A DNA stretch of 64,000 nucleotides from Candidatus Spongiisociaceae bacterium (GCA_965202665.1 OZ241841.1:1952001-2016000), one strand, 5' to 3'; positions 49,710 to 60,343 are shown, numbered from the stretch's first letter. Notes: generated by a model from the letters alone, not told the origin. A program made the numbers and translations.

Positions 49710-51244
49710 TCAGGTTTTAAAGTAAACCGCCGTCCGCCGGGACCCTTCCATCCGCAGTCGGCCTTGGTCCCGTAACCGCCGTAGCAGGTGGGTGGCTCTG
49801 GTGGGGTCAATCAGGCACAATTCGGCTACTTCGCTCCGAGTTATGGAGCCGTTGGCCTCCACATAGTTCATCACCAGCCGTTCCCGTCTGGCCCACCTGC
49901 TGGCCCGCTGGTTTAAGCCAGTCCCAGATTCAACTGGATGGATTTGGGGCAACGGCGCTGTTGGGCCTTGGAACTGGTATTCATTTCTGGCCTCGTAAAA
50001 TTCCATCAGATCCGACAGGGGAAACCGTTGGCCGTTGCGGCTCCCCTCCCTAAGTTGCCGGACCATTTGCTTGTCGGCCAATCCGGGGGCGACGCGGGCT
50101 ACAACCTGGCGTGGGTCGCTACCGCCGTAATCGGGCGGCGGGCGCCCCAGCAACAGCTGTCCCTCAAAAATACGAGCGATGCCCCGTCCGGTGCGTTCCA
50201 CCAGGCCGGCCCCTTTGAAAGCATCGACCAGCCGGGGATTGCGCGCCCGGGGAGGAGCGATTATTAGATTGGCGAGGGTTATCCCCTCCGGAAAGCCGCC
50301 GGGGTTGGAGACCGTTAGCGCGCCGTCGCTGATCTGCACCAGCGTCATTCCCTGATCCGCGTAGTCGCGATGGATGAGGGCGTTGGCGATCAGTTCGCGG
50401 ATGGTTACTTCGGCGAAATGAGGCAAACCGATGCGCTGGGAATCGAGATCCATTTCTTCTTCGGAGTTGCGGGCCCGCACCCGGTCGGATATTTCCGCCA
50501 TTGCCTTGAGCAACGGGATGCGCCGTATCTCATTGACCCGTACCTGCAGATGATCCAGCTCTTGAAAGCCGACTTCGTAGGCGGGCAGATGTTTGGCGAT
50601 GGCCTTTTCTTTGCCGAATAACAACAAAGCCCCTACCGTGATGTTTTCCTCCGAGTCGGTGAGGTTCAGGGCTTGCAGAAGGTCATGGTCGGAGAGACTG
50701 GTTAGGGTTTTGTCGCCGTCTGATTCCGCCATCTCCCGGAAACGGGAAAATTCGGCATCGGAAAGATCGCTCTTGGTCGCCGCAGATAAAGTTACGCTGG
50801 AAAAATCCAGCACGCCGATGCTGCCCGCTCGCCCCACCACTTATGGGGCCGCATAGGAAGACACTCCGGTTGCCCGTGTATGTCCAGCGTTCGGCGTAGG
50901 AACTTGCCGGACTTGGTGGAAACAACATCCTGTCCAACCGGGACCTTAACGGCGATCACTTCCTTGCCGTTGATGGGTACCACCTGTACGGCGGCATCTA
51001 CCGCTGGTTCGGTGCGGCTGGCGATCAACGCTTGCAGTCGCTCTGGATCTGTGTGCCTGCCGTGACGAGGTTCAGCTCCGGTGATATTTCCTTGGTCGTC
51101 AACCCCGACCAGAAGCCAGCCTCCGCGTCCGTTGGCTAAACAGACCACCGATTCCACTAGATCCTTGTCGTTTGCGCGACTTTTGAACTCGACGTTGAGC
51201 GTCTCGCCTTCGGAAACCAGGCCCTGGAGAGTTGTAGTGTCCAT
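49710..51244 (-). pseudogene. AlbA_2/Schlafen + HATPase_c_4 + winged-helix protein, frameshifted near 50843
   Basis: GETLNVEFKS..LANGRGGWLLVGVDD (AlbA_2); IRELIANALIHRDY, ARNPRL, VERTGRGI; ORFs 50792-51244 and 49710-50840 join as MRPH(E)VVGRAG if one base is restored. Confidence 0.82.
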
Positions 51245-51254
51245 ATGGCTATTA

Positions 51255-51486
51255 TACCACTTTAGGCCAGGTTTTGCGTTTCGGGTTTGTAAGGGGTGTT
51301 GTTAAAGTTTGTATAGCTCTGGTTTTTTTGCGCATTTTTTGGGTTTGCGCTTATAATTTTTGTAAAATGAGGGAACTTTTTTGTTAAAGTTTGTAAAGGC
51401 CCCTGATTTTACGTCATTTTAGAGGCCAGTTTTGCGTAAAATTTTCTGGGGTGCCAAAAACAGGGGATTTTTTACGCGGATGGGTT
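51255..51486. repeat. AT-rich intergenic tract with degenerate direct repeats
   Basis: TTGTTAAAGTTTGTA at 51299 and 51381; AGGCCAG(G)TTTTGCGT at 51264 and 51423; about 32% GC by hand count over 51301-51420. Confidence 0.65.
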
Positions 51487-52611
51487 TTAAAATTTTACGG
51501 GGGTGATGAAAGGGAGGGGGTGGGCGACGGCGGTGCGGGGGAGGCCGTCCGCCTCGGTTTGCAGTCGGGTTTCGGGTTGGGCGCAGGGGCTTTCCACGAA
51601 CACGTAGCCCAGGTTGGTCTCGAAGCGGGGGGAGTAGCAGGCCGACGTCAACACCCCCACCGTCCGTCCTCCGGCGGTTACCGGGCGGTGTTCGGGGAAG
51701 GCCGTTATAGGCGGGCCGTCGATGTAGGCGCCGGTCAGCAGGCGATGGGGCGGGCGCTCCGCCAACTCCTCCAAGGCGGCCCGTCCCACGAAGTCCGTCC
51801 CGGGCGGGAACTCAACCAGCCTCCCGAACCCCAACTCGTAAGGGTTCACCGAATCGTTCATGTCGGTTCCGTAGGAAAGAATGCCCCCCTCCATGCGGCG
51901 AATCTGGTTGGGGGAGCCGGGTTGCGCTCCATAGGGTTCCCCCGCCGCGAACACCCGGTCCCACAGCCGCCCTCCCTCCGCTGCATCGGTCAGGAAAACC
52001 TCGTAGCCGAACTCGCCCGACCAGCCGGTGCGCGACACCAAAAGTTCCATTCCGTCCAGACGGGTCCAGGCCGCCCGGTAGTAGCCCAGGTTGGCGATGT
52101 CCTCCCCGAACAGATCGGTCGCCAAAGCTTTTGATTTGGGTCCCTGGATCTGCAGGGGCGAAACGTCGGGCTCGCGCACTTCCACTGCAAATCCCCGTTC
52201 GGCGGCTATGGCCTGCGCCCACAGCAACACATCCCGGTCGGCCAGCGACAGCCAAAACCGGTCTTCGGCCACTCGCAACAACACCGGATCGTTCACCACG
52301 CCCCCCCGGTGATTGCACAGAAACGTGTAGCGGGCCCGGGCCACCTCCATCCGGGAAACATCCCGGGTGCACAGGTACTGGGTGAGCGCCAAGGCGTCCC
52401 GCCCGCGGATTTCCACCTGCCGCTGGCATCCCACATCCCAGACGGCCACGTCCTCCACCAAGGCCCGGTATTCCTCCAGCGTCCCGGCGAATCGGCTGGG
52501 CAGAATCATATGGTTGTAGACCGTGGCCCCTTTGGCCCCGGCGGCCAAGGCCCGCTCCAAAAAAGGGGAGGGGCGGAGACGGGGGGTGCGTTCCAGGGCC
52601 AGGTCATCCAT
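51487..52611 (-). CDS. GcvT-family THF-dependent aminomethyltransferase, DmdA (DMSP demethylase)-like
   Basis: RLRPSPF..., VYNHMILP, WDVGCQRQVEIRG, NDPVLL, SRTGWSGEFGYE, PNQIRRMEGGILSYG. Confidence 0.8.
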   Translation of the reverse strand: MDDLALERTPRLRPSPFLERALAAGAKGATVYNHMILPSRFAGTLEEYRALVEDVAVWDVGCQRQVEIRGRDALALTQYLCTRDVSRMEVARARYTFLCNHRGGVVNDPVLLRVAEDRFWLSLADRDVLLWAQAIAAERGFAVEVREPDVSPLQIQGPKSKALATDLFGEDIANLGYYRAAWTRLDGMELLVSRTGWSGEFGYEVFLTDAAEGGRLWDRVFAAGEPYGAQPGSPNQIRRMEGGILSYGTDMNDSVNPYELGFGRLVEFPPGTDFVGRAALEELAERPPHRLLTGAYIDGPPITAFPEHRPVTAGGRTVGVLTSACYSPRFETNLGYVFVESPCAQPETRLQTEADGLPRTAVAHPLPFITPVKF

Positions 52612-53821
52612 CAGGTTTCAAATCTCCCGATTCGGAGTCGGCGGGGGCGGAGGATTTCCGGTGGCGGTAGGCCAGCCAGAAGGTAAAGGCCAAAGCCCCG
52701 GTCGCCAGCAGCGAAACCGCTGGCCGCAGGGTGTTGATGCGGTCGAACCACGCTCCTACCAGGGCCACCGTAACCCCGCCGATGGCCGCCGCGGCGGTCA
52801 GTCCCAAGGTTACGGCGCGCAACGCCAACGGCGGGGGCATTTCCCGGTCGGCGGCCAGGCCCATCAATCCCCACACCGGATAGTGGAAGGCCGCGTAGCA
52901 GAGGGCCGTCGCCGCCAAGGCCGCGTATGACCAGAAGTTGGCCGCGGCCAGCAACGCCGCCGTATAGATGGAGGCGGTTACCACTATGGCGCGCACCGGC
53001 CCGGCGCGGTCGGCCAAAGACCCGATGGGGGCGGCCGTCGCCAGAACCGTCAACCCGATCAGCCACCACAGGGCGGCGGCCGCCAACGGTCCCGCCCCCA
53101 ACTCGTCGACGGCCGCCACCGTCAAATAGACCCCCATCGTGAAACCGGTTACCGCGGTGGACACCGAGGTGATGATCACCGTCCGTCCGGCGGTCATCCC
53201 CCACACCGCCCGCAACGAACCCGACCGCTCCGGCGGGGGCCCCACCGGGGGGAGGGGCCGCCTGATCATGATGGGGACCGCCGCCGTCGCTACCGCCGCG
53301 CACCCGGCGGCGAACAGGAAGGCCAGTCGCCAATTCTCCGTTCCGGTCAGGGACCAGATGAAGAAACCGTTCAGGGCGGTCCCGATGCCCGTGCCTGAAG
53401 AGGCCATGCTCATCACCAGCCCCCGCCGTTGCGCGTCCGTCACCCGCCCGGCGGACTGCAGGGTGGAGGCCCAGTTGAGGGGGGCCGACATACCGAGGGT
53501 GACCACGCACAGGGCCAGCACCGGGGCGGAACGGACCGACGACACCAAGAGAAGCCCGGCCCCGGTCAGGGCGTAGGTTCCCATCAACAGCCTCCGCAAA
53601 CCGAAGCGGGCCGCCACCCGGGGGGTCAGGGCCGCCCCCAGGCTGTAGGCGAACATGGCGGCCGACACCGCCAAGCCCAGCGCCCCGTAGCCGGAGTCCA
53701 TGGAACGCGAGATGCGGGGCAACATGGCGGGAATCAAACCCATCCCGAACCCGTGGGTGACCATGATCCCCCAACCGAAGAGAACCCCGGCCGCCGGAGC
53801 TTTGAGACGGGGCCCGGTCAG
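52604..53821 (-). CDS. MFS transporter (YbfB/YjiJ-like); start at ATG 53764 or CTG 53821
   Basis: About 12 hydrophobic helices, GSLADRAG motif; frame stays open to a CTG overlapping the upstream TGA. Confidence 0.8.
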   Translation of the reverse strand: MTGPRLKAPAAGVLFGWGIMVTHGFGMGLIPAMLPRISRSMDSGYGALGLAVSAAMFAYSLGAALTPRVAARFGLRRLLMGTYALTGAGLLLVSSVRSAPVLALCVVTLGMSAPLNWASTLQSAGRVTDAQRRGLVMSMASSGTGIGTALNGFFIWSLTGTENWRLAFLFAAGCAAVATAAVPIMIRRPLPPVGPPPERSGSLRAVWGMTAGRTVIITSVSTAVTGFTMGVYLTVAAVDELGAGPLAAAALWWLIGLTVLATAAPIGSLADRAGPVRAIVVTASIYTAALLAAANFWSYAALAATALCYAAFHYPVWGLMGLAADREMPPPLALRAVTLGLTAAAAIGGVTVALVGAWFDRINTLRPAVSLLATGALAFTFWLAYRHRKSSAPADSESGDLKPDG

Positions 53822-54768
53822 GAGCGGGCCCTCCGCAGAACTTCGTCGATGGGGGTGGATGCCAAGTCGCCCACCTCCTGCACGTATTCATACCCGAACC
53901 GCCCTTTGATGCACAGGTGGCCGGAGGTTATCGCATGGTCCATGGGGGAAGTCACCTTGACGATCCGGTTGTCCTGCACATGCAGTTCCAGGTTGCAGCC
54001 CACCCCGCAGTAGGAGCAGACGGTCCGCGTCACGGTCTGACGTTCCTCCGCCCACATCTCCGCCTCCCGCAGTTCGTGTTCGCTGCGGAACATAAGAGCC
54101 CCGGTGGGGCAAACCCCGATGCAGTTACCGCAGAACACGCAGGCCGAGTCGGTCAGCCCGGTGTCGAATTCGGTGGAAATGCGGGCCTCGAATCCCCGCC
54201 CTGCCACCGCGATGGCGAATGTATTCTGGGCGTCTTCGCCGCAGGCCTCTACGCACTTGTAGCAGAGTATGCACCGGGAATAGTCCCTGATGTACAAGGC
54301 GTTGTCCACTTTTACCGGTTGCCGCACGGTTTCCGCCTCCTGTCCGTTGACGGGGGGATGATGGCCCGCCGTCCGCCGATCGCGGTCCTCGGCGGGGGGA
54401 GCGGGCGGCCCATAACGGCGCGGGTCGCATCCGTACTCTTCCATCCAGCGGCGGGTTTCCCCGTCTACCAGATCCAGGTCCGTGGAGGAGGCCAGAAATT
54501 CCAGCACCATACGCCGGGAAAGACGCACCCGTTCGCTGTCGGTGAAGACCGCCATCCCCTCCTCCGCCGGGCGGCTGCAGGAGGGGATCAGGGTGCGGGA
54601 GCCCTCCACTTCCACCACGCACACCCGGCAGACGTTCACCGGGGTCAAGTTTTCCAGATAGCAGAGGGTGGGTTGACCGAGGCCCGCCGTCCGGCAGGCG
54701 TCCAGAATGGTGTCCCCGGCGGCGACGGTCACCTCCGTTCCGTCGATGGTGATGGTCGTTTCACCCAT
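53818..54768 (-). CDS. Formate dehydrogenase iron-sulfur subunit (2Fe-2S, 2x4Fe-4S, plus the molybdopterin-enzyme 4Fe-4S domain)
   Basis: PTLC...CRVCVVE; CILCYKC...C; CVFCGNCIGVCP; C-terminal TVCSYCGVGC...LCIKGRFG. Confidence 0.9.
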   Translation of the reverse strand: MGETTITIDGTEVTVAAGDTILDACRTAGLGQPTLCYLENLTPVNVCRVCVVEVEGSRTLIPSCSRPAEEGMAVFTDSERVRLSRRMVLEFLASSTDLDLVDGETRRWMEEYGCDPRRYGPPAPPAEDRDRRTAGHHPPVNGQEAETVRQPVKVDNALYIRDYSRCILCYKCVEACGEDAQNTFAIAVAGRGFEARISTEFDTGLTDSACVFCGNCIGVCPTGALMFRSEHELREAEMWAEERQTVTRTVCSYCGVGCNLELHVQDNRIVKVTSPMDHAITSGHLCIKGRFGYEYVQEVGDLASTPIDEVLRRARS

Positions 54769-56575
54769 CGCCCGACTCCAACAGTCCCAGTTCCGCCGCC
54801 GACCGGATGGCGGAGGAGGCGGTGTGCCCCAGTCCGCAGATGGAAGCGTCCGCCATCACCTGCGCCACATCCGAGAACAGATCCCACTCCCACTCCCCTC
54901 CGGCCAGGCGCCGTTCCAGCAGTTCTTCCTGCCGCACCGTTCCCACCCGGCAGGGGACGCACTGCCCGCACGATTCGTCCCGGAAGAAACGGGCGATGCG
55001 GCGCGCGGCGTCTCCAAAGTCGGTTCCGGGCCCGAACGCGCACACCACCCCCGACCCCAGGGTCGCCCCCCGGGCCCGGGCGTCCTCGAAGGTGAGGGGC
55101 ATGTCAAACTGGTCGGGGTCGACGAACACCCCCGCCGCCCCGCCCAGCAGAACCGCCGCCGCCCCGCCCCCGACGGTTCCGCCCGCCTTTTCCAGCAACC
55201 CGCCCAAGGTTTCCCCGAACTCCACCTCGTACAGCCCCGGCCGCCCCACATCCCCCGCTAGGCAGAACAATTTGGTTCCGGTGGAATCGGGGGTTCCCAC
55301 CGCCGCGAAGGCCGCCCCTCCCCGCAATACGATTTCCGGCACGTTGAGCAAGGTTTCCACGTTGTTAATGACCGTGGGCCGCCCGAACAGCCCCGCTACG
55401 GTGGGGAAAGGGGGCTTGTTGCGGGGCTCGCCCCGCTTGCCCTCGATGGAATTCATCAGGGCCGTTTCCTCCCCGCAGATGTAGGCCCCGCCGCCCCGCC
55501 GGATCTCAATGTCAAACGCCCGTCCCGACCCGGCGACGTCGTTTCCCAGCAGGCCGGCCCGCCGCGCCCCGGCTACGGCCTTCTCCATTCTTTCCGTCGC
55601 CAAAGGATACTCGGCCCTTATGTACAGGTATCCGATCTCCGCCCCCACGGCCAGCCCGGCGATGGTCATGGACTCCGTCAGGGCGAACGGGTCGCCTTCC
55701 ATCAAAACCCGGTCTTTGAAGGTGCCCGGCTCGGACTCGTCGGCGTTGCAGATCAGATAACGGGGGCGGTCGGGGGAGCGGGCCACCGCCTCCCATTTGA
55801 TCCCGGCCGGGAAAGCCGCCCCGCCCCGCCCCCGCAACCGGGAGGCCTTGACTTCTTCGATAACCCGCTCCGGGCCGATTTCGATCGCCCGGCGCAGGGC
55901 CGCGTAGCCCCCCGTCCGCCGATAATCATCCAGCGAAAGGGGATCCGCCGTCCCTATTCGGCGCAGCAACCGCAACCCGGCCTCACCCTGTTGGGGAAGG
56001 GGCGGCGGGGCCGGGGGAGGGGGGGCTTCCGAGTCGAGGCAGGCCGCCACATAAGCGGCGTCGGCCCCGGTCGCGGCCAAGTCGCGCCTACCCGCCCGTT
56101 GGATGAAAGCGGCCGGGGCCCGGTCGCACTGGCCCAGGCAGGGGCTGGGATGGACATCGCCCCGCCCCCGCAGCGAAGCCAGAATCTCCGTACCGCCCCT
56201 CCGCCGGCACACTACGTCGTCGCAGATGTGGGCCACCCGGCGGGGACGTTCCGTCAACGACAGCAGAGCGTAGAAACTGGCCACTCCGTAGGCTTCCGCC
56301 GGGGGGACGATCAGCCGCTCGCATATGTAATTGAGGGCCCCCCGGCTGATCCAGCCCACTTGATCGGAAACGGCGTGCAAAGCGGGGAGCAACAGATGTC
56401 GTCGTTCGATCATGCGCCGGTATCCACCCGGGGCGGTGCGCATCATCGGCGAGGGGCCGGCCTCCCCGTTTTCGGCCGGGTTCGCCCCCTCCTCCGTTGC
56501 GGGCGCGCCCAAGAGCCGGTCGACCGCCTCCCGCTCCTCGGCGGTGGGGGCGGCGGACATCAACCGCAGGTCTAT
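54761..56575 (-). CDS. NuoE/NuoF-like fused NAD(H)-binding subunit of formate dehydrogenase
   Basis: YGVASFY, CLGQCDRAP, RGRGGAAFP, CNADESEPGTFKDR, YICGEETAL, ESCGQCVPCRVG. Confidence 0.92.
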   Translation of the reverse strand: MDLRLMSAAPTAEEREAVDRLLGAPATEEGANPAENGEAGPSPMMRTAPGGYRRMIERRHLLLPALHAVSDQVGWISRGALNYICERLIVPPAEAYGVASFYALLSLTERPRRVAHICDDVVCRRRGGTEILASLRGRGDVHPSPCLGQCDRAPAAFIQRAGRRDLAATGADAAYVAACLDSEAPPPPAPPPLPQQGEAGLRLLRRIGTADPLSLDDYRRTGGYAALRRAIEIGPERVIEEVKASRLRGRGGAAFPAGIKWEAVARSPDRPRYLICNADESEPGTFKDRVLMEGDPFALTESMTIAGLAVGAEIGYLYIRAEYPLATERMEKAVAGARRAGLLGNDVAGSGRAFDIEIRRGGGAYICGEETALMNSIEGKRGEPRNKPPFPTVAGLFGRPTVINNVETLLNVPEIVLRGGAAFAAVGTPDSTGTKLFCLAGDVGRPGLYEVEFGETLGGLLEKAGGTVGGGAAAVLLGGAAGVFVDPDQFDMPLTFEDARARGATLGSGVVCAFGPGTDFGDAARRIARFFRDESCGQCVPCRVGTVRQEELLERRLAGGEWEWDLFSDVAQVMADASICGLGHTASSAIRSAAELGLLESGDG

Positions 56576-58472
56576 GGGGAAACTCCGTGCGGGACCGCCC
56601 GCTCAATGCGCACCGCGGTGGCTTTGAACTCGGAGGTGCCCGATTTTGGGTCCCAGGCGTCGGTGGTGAGCAGGTTGACATCCGCTTCGTCCGGGTCGTG
56701 GCAGCTCATAAAAGCCAACCCGCCCGCAACGACCGATGGAAGAACACCGGAACGGCGATGGAACCCCGGCGGGAGATGACATTCACCAGCTCGCCTTCCC
56801 GCAGTCCCATATGCTCCCCGTCCTCGGGGGCGATTTCCACCGCCGCCGCACCCCGCAAGGGAGAGTCGTATCCCGCCGACTGCACCCCGGTGTTGTAGGA
56901 GTCCAAGCGGCGGCCGGTGGTGAGGCGGATCGGGTATTCCCCGGACAGGCCGTCGCGCGGGGGGGCCCAAGGGGCGGGTGTGAAAGAGGCGGGCGGGCGG
57001 GTCAGGGGGCGCTCCCACAGGTCGCCGTGCAGGAACTGCGTGCCGGGATGCTTCTCGTCCGGGCAGGGCCACTGAATGCCCCCGGACGACTCCAACCGGG
57101 TATAGGACATTCCGCGGTGCATGGGGGACAGGCTGCGCACTTCTTCCCACACTTCCTCGGCGGAGGGGAAACCCCACCCGCGGCCCATCCGTTCCGCCAA
57201 CCCGGAGATGATGTCCAGGTCGTCCCGGGCCTGGCCGGGGGGGTGAAGGGCCCGGCGCACCCGTTGCACCCGTCGCTCCGAGTTGGTGACGGTGCCTTCC
57301 GATTCGGCCCATCCGGCGGCGGCCGGCAACACCACATCGGCCATTTGGGCGGTGCGGGTCAGGAAAATGTCCTGCACCACCAGAAAATCCAGGCCTTCCA
57401 TAACTTCCCGGACATGGGCGGCCCGGGCTTCGGACTGGGCCGGGTTTTCCCCGATGATGTACAGGCCGGTCAGTTCCTTGCGTTCCATCGCCTCCAGCAT
57501 GAGGGTGAGGTGCCAGCCGATGCGGGGCGGGACGGGCGCTCCCCAGCGGGTTTGGAACGGGGCGCGGAGGTCCGGGTCCTCCACATCTTGGAAACCGGGC
57601 AGTTTGTTGGGTATGGCTCCCATATCGCCCCCGCCCTGCACGTTGTTCTGCCCCCGCAACGGAACCAGGCCCGAACCGTAACGGCCCACATGCCCGGTGA
57701 GCAGGGCCAAGTTGATCAGGGACAGCACGTTGTCGGTGGCGTTGTGATGTTCGGTGATGCCCAATGTCCAGCAGATCTGGGCTGATTTGGCTGTTGCGTA
57801 ATCGCGGGCCATCTGTTGGATGACGGCCGCCGGGACGCCGGTCACCTGCTCGCCGCGCCGCAAAGTCCACTCGTCCACCGCCGCCGCGTAGCCGTCGAAT
57901 CCGGTGGTGGAGCGGGAAATGAAGTCCGAGTTATGCAGGCCGGCCGCGATTATCTCCCGTCCCACCGCGTTGGCTAAGGCGATGTCCGACCCCACGTCGA
58001 TTCCCAGCCAGGTATCCGCCCACTTGGTGGAGCTGGTGCGACGGGGATCCACCGCGTACATTTTCGCCCCCGCCCGCAAGCCCCGCATCAGGTGGTGAAA
58101 AAAGATGGGGTGCGCCTCGCGGGCGTTGGAACCCCACAACAGAACCAGGTCGGTGGTTTCGATTTCTTGGTAGGAGGAAGTTCCGCCTCCCACTCCCAGC
58201 GCGGTCGCCAGACCGGCGACCGAAGGAGCGTGTCAGGTGCGGTTGCAGGAGTCGATGTTGTTGGACCCCATCACCGCCCGGGCGAACTTCTGCGCCAGGT
58301 AGTTGACCTCGTTGGTGGCCTTGGAGCAGGAAAACATCCCAAAGTCATTACCCCGGTGCCCGGACAGCCCGCGGGCCGCCTCATCCAGGGCTTGTTCCCA
58401 TGAGGCCTCCGTCAACTCCCCGCCGCGTCGCACCAAAGGCGCGGTCAGCCGGACATTGTACGGTTTTGCCAT
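56572..58472 (-). CDS. fdhF: Selenocysteine-containing formate dehydrogenase catalytic subunit (FdhF-like); 1-nt frameshift near 56720
   Basis: DSCNRT-TGA-HAPSVAGL in frame across ORFs 58233-58472 and 56706-58193; PLRGQNNVQG; conserved tail DPKSGTSEFKATAVRI in the adjacent frame. Confidence 0.88.
58190..58232 (-). promoter_or_regulatory. Bacterial SECIS element
   Basis: Hairpin CGGUCGCC-GGUCU-GGCGACCG begins about 11 nt after the UGA at 58235-58233, matching fdhF-type SECIS spacing and loop. Confidence 0.85.
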
Positions 58473-58533
58473 TTTTCACCTCCTTCCCCGGGAAATTTCC
58501 CGCGCCGGATTGGGGATGGGCTCCCCCCGGCTC

Positions 58534-60300
58534 TCAGAACAGGCCGACGATGCGCCCCTCCTCGTCCAGATCCACATCCATGTAGGCGGGTTTGGTTCCC
58601 AGCCCCGGCATAGTGCGGATCTCGCCCAGCAAGGGCACCAGGAAACCGGCCCCCACCGCCGCCCGCACTTCCCGCACCGGTACGGTGAACCCGGAGGGGC
58701 GCCCTTTCAGGGTGGGGTCGTGGGACAGGGAAAGGTGGGTTTTGGCCATGCAAACGGGCAGGTAGCCGAACCCGGTGCGTTCCAAGTCGGCGATCTGCCC
58801 GTTGGCGGCCGGGGAGTACTCCACCCCGGCCGCTCCGTATACGTCGCGGGCCACGGCCTCTATTTTTTCCTTGATGGACAACTCCAGAGGATACAGGAAA
58901 CGGAAATCCCGTTCGCCCTGCGCCGCATCCGCCACCGCCTCCGCCAAGCGCAAAGCCCCCTTCCCCCCCTCGGCCCAGTGGTGGGCGGTGACGGCGGCCG
59001 TCGCCCCCGATTCGAGGGCCGCCCGTTCCACCGCCTCCAACTCGTGCTGCGTGTCGGTGGGGAAGGCGTTCACGGCCGCCACCACCGGCACTCCGAAGCG
59101 CCGGGCGGTCTCAATGTGCGCCGTCAGGTTGCCCAAGCCGGCCTGCAGCAACGGCAGGTTCTCCTGGGTGTAAGCCGAATCCAATCTCCGCCCCGCCACC
59201 ACCCGCGGTCCCCCCCCGTGGGTTTTCAAGGCGCGGACGGTGGCCACCAAAACCACCGCATCCGGCGCCAGCCCCGAAGCCCGGCATTTGATGTTGAAGA
59301 ACTTCTCCATTCCCATATCGGCCCCGAACCCGGATTCGGTTACCACGTATTCTCCCAGATGCAGGGCCAGCCGATCGGCCAGGATGGAGGAGTTGCCGTG
59401 GGCGATGTTGGCGAACGGCCCGGCGTGCACGAAGGCCGCTTGGCCCTCCAGGGTTTGCATGAGCGTGGGATGCAGGGTGTCTTTCATCAAAACCGCCACC
59501 GCCCCCGCCACTCCCACATCGTCCAAGGTGATCGGTTCGCCGGCCTTGTTGCGGCCGATTACCACCCGCCCGCAACGTTCCCGCAGGTTGCGCAGGGCGG
59601 AGGGGTAATCGTTGCCGTCTGCCAAGGCCAAGATGGCCATCAGTTCGGACGCCACCGTGATGTCGTATCCGGTTTCCCGGGGGCGCCCGTCCAGTCGCCC
59701 GCCCAACCCGACCACGACGTTGCGCAGCGAACGGTCGTTTATGTCAACCACCCGCCGCCATTCGGTGCGGAACACGTCGATGTCCAGCCTTTCCAAACCG
59801 ACCGCCTCCAGTTGATCATCGGACATGCGCCGTTCGTGGTACCAGCGGGCGTCGATGGCGGCCGCGGCCAGGTTGTGGGCGGCGCTTATGGCGTGGATGT
59901 CCCCGGTCAGGTGCAGGTTGAACTCGTCCATGGGGACCACTTGGCTGTAGCCGCCCCCGGCCGCCCCCCCTTTGATGCCGAAGGTGGGGCCCATGGAGGG
60001 CTGGCGGATGGCGGCGACGGCCCGTTTGCCCAACGCCCCCAGGCCCTGGGTGAGGCCGATGGTGGTGGTGGTTTTGCCTTCTCCCAGCGGGGTGGGGGTG
60101 ATGGCGGTTACGTCGATGTATTTGCCCGTCGGACGGGAGCCAACTCGTTTCAGGATGTCCAAGTGCACTTTTGCTTTGGCGTGCCCGTAGGGGATCAGCT
60201 CGTCCGGTTCTATGCCCACCGAGTCGGCGACTTCGGTTATCGGACGCACCCGGGCCGCTTGGGCGATGGCCAGGTCGGAGGGTACTTTGGCGTAGGGCAT
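58534..60300 (-). CDS. fhs: Formate--tetrahydrofolate ligase
   Basis: TAITPTPLGEGKTT, GIKGGAAGGGYSQV, HAGPFANIAHG, CMAKTHLSLS. Confidence 0.96.
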   Translation of the reverse strand: MPYAKVPSDLAIAQAARVRPITEVADSVGIEPDELIPYGHAKAKVHLDILKRVGSRPTGKYIDVTAITPTPLGEGKTTTTIGLTQGLGALGKRAVAAIRQPSMGPTFGIKGGAAGGGYSQVVPMDEFNLHLTGDIHAISAAHNLAAAAIDARWYHERRMSDDQLEAVGLERLDIDVFRTEWRRVVDINDRSLRNVVVGLGGRLDGRPRETGYDITVASELMAILALADGNDYPSALRNLRERCGRVVIGRNKAGEPITLDDVGVAGAVAVLMKDTLHPTLMQTLEGQAAFVHAGPFANIAHGNSSILADRLALHLGEYVVTESGFGADMGMEKFFNIKCRASGLAPDAVVLVATVRALKTHGGGPRVVAGRRLDSAYTQENLPLLQAGLGNLTAHIETARRFGVPVVAAVNAFPTDTQHELEAVERAALESGATAAVTAHHWAEGGKGALRLAEAVADAAQGERDFRFLYPLELSIKEKIEAVARDVYGAAGVEYSPAANGQIADLERTGFGYLPVCMAKTHLSLSHDPTLKGRPSGFTVPVREVRAAVGAGFLVPLLGEIRTMPGLGTKPAYMDVDLDEEGRIVGLF

Positions 60301-60343
60301 GGGCTTCCTTGCTGAGGATGCGTTGCGGATGCGAAATTTCATA

